Shown here one piece after another: positions 59,471 through 61,950 of a stretch of DNA of 61,950 nt. Positions within the stretch are counted from its first letter, which is position 1; each line of letters begins with the position of its first letter. The position numbers and the translations under genes are program-made. Under the pieces are notes generated by a model that made no database searches, was not told the origin of the DNA, and saw only the letters and a program-made list of their open reading frames with translations. This stretch comes from Candidatus Pelearchaeum maunauluense (GTDB lineage: Archaea; Thermoproteota; Nitrososphaeria_A; Caldarchaeales; Caldarchaeaceae): the NCBI GenBank assembly GCA_030059675.1, contig JANVYQ010000008.1, positions 1 to 61,950 on the forward strand. Direction: 5' to 3'.

Positions 59471-61519
59471 CTTTCAATTCCTTTTTGGATTTCTGAATGG
59501 AGTATGGAATCGCGGGGTAGTGAAGTGGTACTGGTTGCCAGAATCAAGAAAAACACGACCCACTAACTTCAAGTGGTTTTTGTTTGTCTTATGCGTTTAT
59601 ATAATTCCTGTTGAATTAGAGGTAGTCTAAAACTAGTTAGGCGGACATCATGTTGCATTCCGTCCTCATCCGTAAATGAGATAACTAGAACCTGCTTTCT
59701 ATTCTTCCTAGAGTAACCGATCAGTGCCCCTACCAGTAGGCCGGCTAAGACACCCAATGCGCCTATAAACAACACAAACAAAATCCCCAATAGAATAGCG
59801 CCGACTAACGCGTAGCCTACAATCTTCCAACCAGATGTCTCCTCCTCAACAACGTTCTGCATCATTATTATCTTATTGTATGGAATTCTAAACCTCCCAC
59901 CCCCCTCTATTTCCACATCCACATAATCATTTTGAAAGAAAAGCGATACTTGGTTAGGAAGCGGATAACCAACATGTCCCCCCAAATACTGGATATTAGA
60001 GTACCTAATGGGCTCCAATACCATAAACGTAAGAGAAACCTTCTTGTTTATATTTTTTACTAAGTCATTTTTACTATCGTTATTTCCTAGTTAGCGTTTG
60101 CCACACTTTCAATTCCTTTTTAGATTTCTGAGACACATTACTAAGGTCTTTGCTAGGCGTGTTAAATGAAACTTTCAATTCCTTTTTGGATTTCTGAGAT
60201 TCAGGGTGGGAGGGTCGTCATACTTGAGACCGAGAGCTCTTTCAATTCCTTTTTGGATTTCTGAACCCCGGCGTTGAGCGCTTCGCGGTCTTCACGAACC
60301 AGTATGGTACTTTCAATTCCTTTTTGGATTTCTGTGGTTGATAAGACCGCTCCCGTTCTCTACAGCCCGATACCTTTCAATTCCTTTTTGGATTTCTGGA
60401 CTTGGAAAACACCATGCTATGGCTTGAGGACATGGTGAGCTTTCAATTCCTTTTTGGATTTCTGTAGGATATTGGGCTGGGCTGGCAGTAGATGATTGTC
60501 TCCTTTCAATTCCTTTTTGGATTTCTGAAAGGAAAAGAGGGTTTAATCCGAATAATACTCTCTAACCAACTTTCAATTCCTTTTTGGATTTCTGAGATAT
60601 GGCAGACGCCGAAACAGGGCGTCTGCCCAGCCGACTTTCAATTCCTTTTTGGATTTCTGGAGGCACGACAAAACCTCAAGCGGTTCCTAACAAAACTGAC
60701 AAACTTTCAATTCCTTTTTGGATTTCTGAGACGTCAAAGAGCTGAGCGTAGAAGAACACGGAGAACAATCTTTCAATTCCTTTTTGGATTTCTGTTCGAA
60801 CGGTTGTCAGGTGTGAGCTCGTGAACAAAGAGCTTGCTTTCAATTCCTTTTTGGATTTCTGGGAATCCATATATAACACGATGGAAAAACTAGCAAACGT
60901 GCTTTCAATTCCTTTTTGGATTTCTGGTGGCTTAACAAAAGGCGGCCGGCCTACGCAGCCGCCATACAATACCTTTCAATTCCTTTTTGGATTTCTGCCG
61001 GTGTGATTGGGATAACTGGACTATCGTCGGCACGATCTTTCAATTCCTTTTTGGATTTCTGACACGGCTGTACGACGACGAGCCAACAAGATGTCTTATA
61101 TCTTTCAATTCCTTTTTGGATTTCTGTCTCTTTTTCATTTTTTCTTTTTCTAGGCTTTCTAGGCTCCTTTCAATTCCTTTTTGGATTTCTGAGGGTGAGA
61201 GTAGAAGCAGGGTTGGACATCCAGCACCTTTCCCCTTTCAATTCCTTTTTGGATTTCTGAACTCCTTGAAATCCCATTCAGCGGCGGCGGCACTGACATC
61301 TTTCAATTCCTTTTTGGATTTCTGCTATGTTTTGAGGGAGTTCGTTGAGGACGGAGAAGAGAGCTTTCAATTCCTTTTTGGATTTCTGGGCGCTTCCTGA
61401 GGAGAGGTATTTTGAGAACAGCTTATTCGCCTTTCAATTCCTTTTTGGATTTCTGCCAAATTTCTTGGGAGGTCGATGGGGTCGCTATGAGAATCTTTCA
61501 ATTCCTTTTTGGATTTCTG
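59471..61519 (-). CRISPR. CRISPR array 2: 23 repeats, 21 normal spacers (38-46 bp) and one 610-bp gene-carrying spacer at the trailer end
   Basis: Same 25-bp repeat at 59471, 60106 (1 mismatch), 60172 ... 61495; AT-rich leader follows 61519. Confidence 0.97.
59569..60024 (-). CDS. 151-aa membrane protein (YLGGH motif, PH-like beta domain with Gly-rich TM hairpin) inside a giant spacer
   Basis: Intact AT-rich ORF; A-rich BRE plus TATAAA at about 60047-60058, 23-28 nt upstream of the ATG. Confidence 0.8.
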   Translation of the reverse strand: MVLEPIRYSNIQYLGGHVGYPLPNQVSLFFQNDYVDVEIEGGGRFRIPYNKIIMMQNVVEEETSGWKIVGYALVGAILLGILFVLFIGALGVLAGLLVGALIGYSRKNRKQVLVISFTDEDGMQHDVRLTSFRLPLIQQELYKRIRQTKTT

Positions 61520-61734
61520 TGAAGCTATTTATTTTGGTTTGTTGGTTGTATTTTAGTTTTTCTTTTTGTTGGTTCGTCAATTGGCGAATGTTGTTGTTTT
61601 CTTGGGATTTTTTCGGGAGTCGCTGTTCAGCACCCCTGCTGCGGCCCAGTTCTTTATATAGGGGGCCTGAACACCAAGACATTTTTAGCTTATGGCTGGA
61701 GCTCCCATGCGCTATATCTTACAGCGCCTGCAAG
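61520..61734 (-). promoter_or_regulatory. CRISPR leader of array 2
   Basis: Non-coding, AT-rich, TATATAAA on the minus strand near 61652-61660; distal part conserved beside array 1. Confidence 0.8.
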
Positions 61735-61823
61735 GCGTCCTATATATTGGCTAAAGGCCACCGTAGTTTTCTCAAGTACCTTACTAGCCCTCGGGTCTGC
61801 GTCCTATATATTGGCTAAAGGCC
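61735..61823. repeat. Perfect 25-bp direct repeat flanking a 39-bp unique insert
   Basis: GCGTCCTATATATTGGCTAAAGGCC at 61735-61759 and 61799-61823. Confidence 0.9.
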
Positions 61824-61950
61824 CATCGCATACACGTATGCCTCAACGCTCTTCCATGAGGTCTTGGTTAAGTCACGCATATTTACCTCAAGTTCATTTT
61901 GGCGTGAATATCTGAGACCACATCTCGTATGGTATTGTATATTCTATTTG

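Noticed and set aside
54109-61494. Self-targeting spacers or spacers shared between the arrays
   Set aside because: None seen by eye beyond one 8-nt match; an exhaustive alignment was not possible.
60492-61818. ORFs with repeated FQFLFGFL / LSIPFWIS / FNSFLDF
   Set aside because: These are translations of CRISPR repeats, not proteins; the same applies to 54131-54352, 55393-55611 and 59269-59630.
61820-61950. Possible gene end and short ORF on the minus strand at the window edge
   Set aside because: Too little sequence to assign; no cas motif recognisable.

Overview
Archaeal, probably thermophilic TACK-lineage DNA, most consistent with Aigarchaeota/Nitrososphaerota (inferred from gene content). 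(1) 0.2-21 kb: type IV pilus region with two secretion ATPases, three TadC/ArlJ-like proteins, three class III signal-peptide pilins, a large surface protein, an active plus a degenerate KaiC-like ATPase, two TackOD1-type Zn-ribbon/nuclease-like proteins and two TA modules. (2) 22-36 kb: housekeeping block with SufD, Nudix, GlyA, methanogen-type SerRS, NnrE, DedA, PMM/PGM, F420:NADP oxidoreductase, a cupredoxin and a B12-binding radical SAM enzyme whose CxxxCxxC motif is split by an intein. (3) 36-51 kb: AT-rich hydantoinase/oxoprolinase-Dpp ABC-racemase-peptidase island bordered by argH and AOR pseudogenes. (4) 51-54 kb: decayed glycosyltransferase/methyltransferase cargo. (5) 54-62 kb: two co-oriented CRISPR arrays (25-bp repeat CTTTCAATTCCTTTTTGGATTTCTG, transcribed from the minus strand, no cas genes in the window) around a SWIM-Hef helicase/Hjc-like nuclease cluster. 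The most unusual feature is three oversized spacers (755, 204 and 610 bp) that carry whole genes between normal repeats. A 25-bp/39-bp/25-bp duplication beside the leader has the geometry of an off-target spacer integration.
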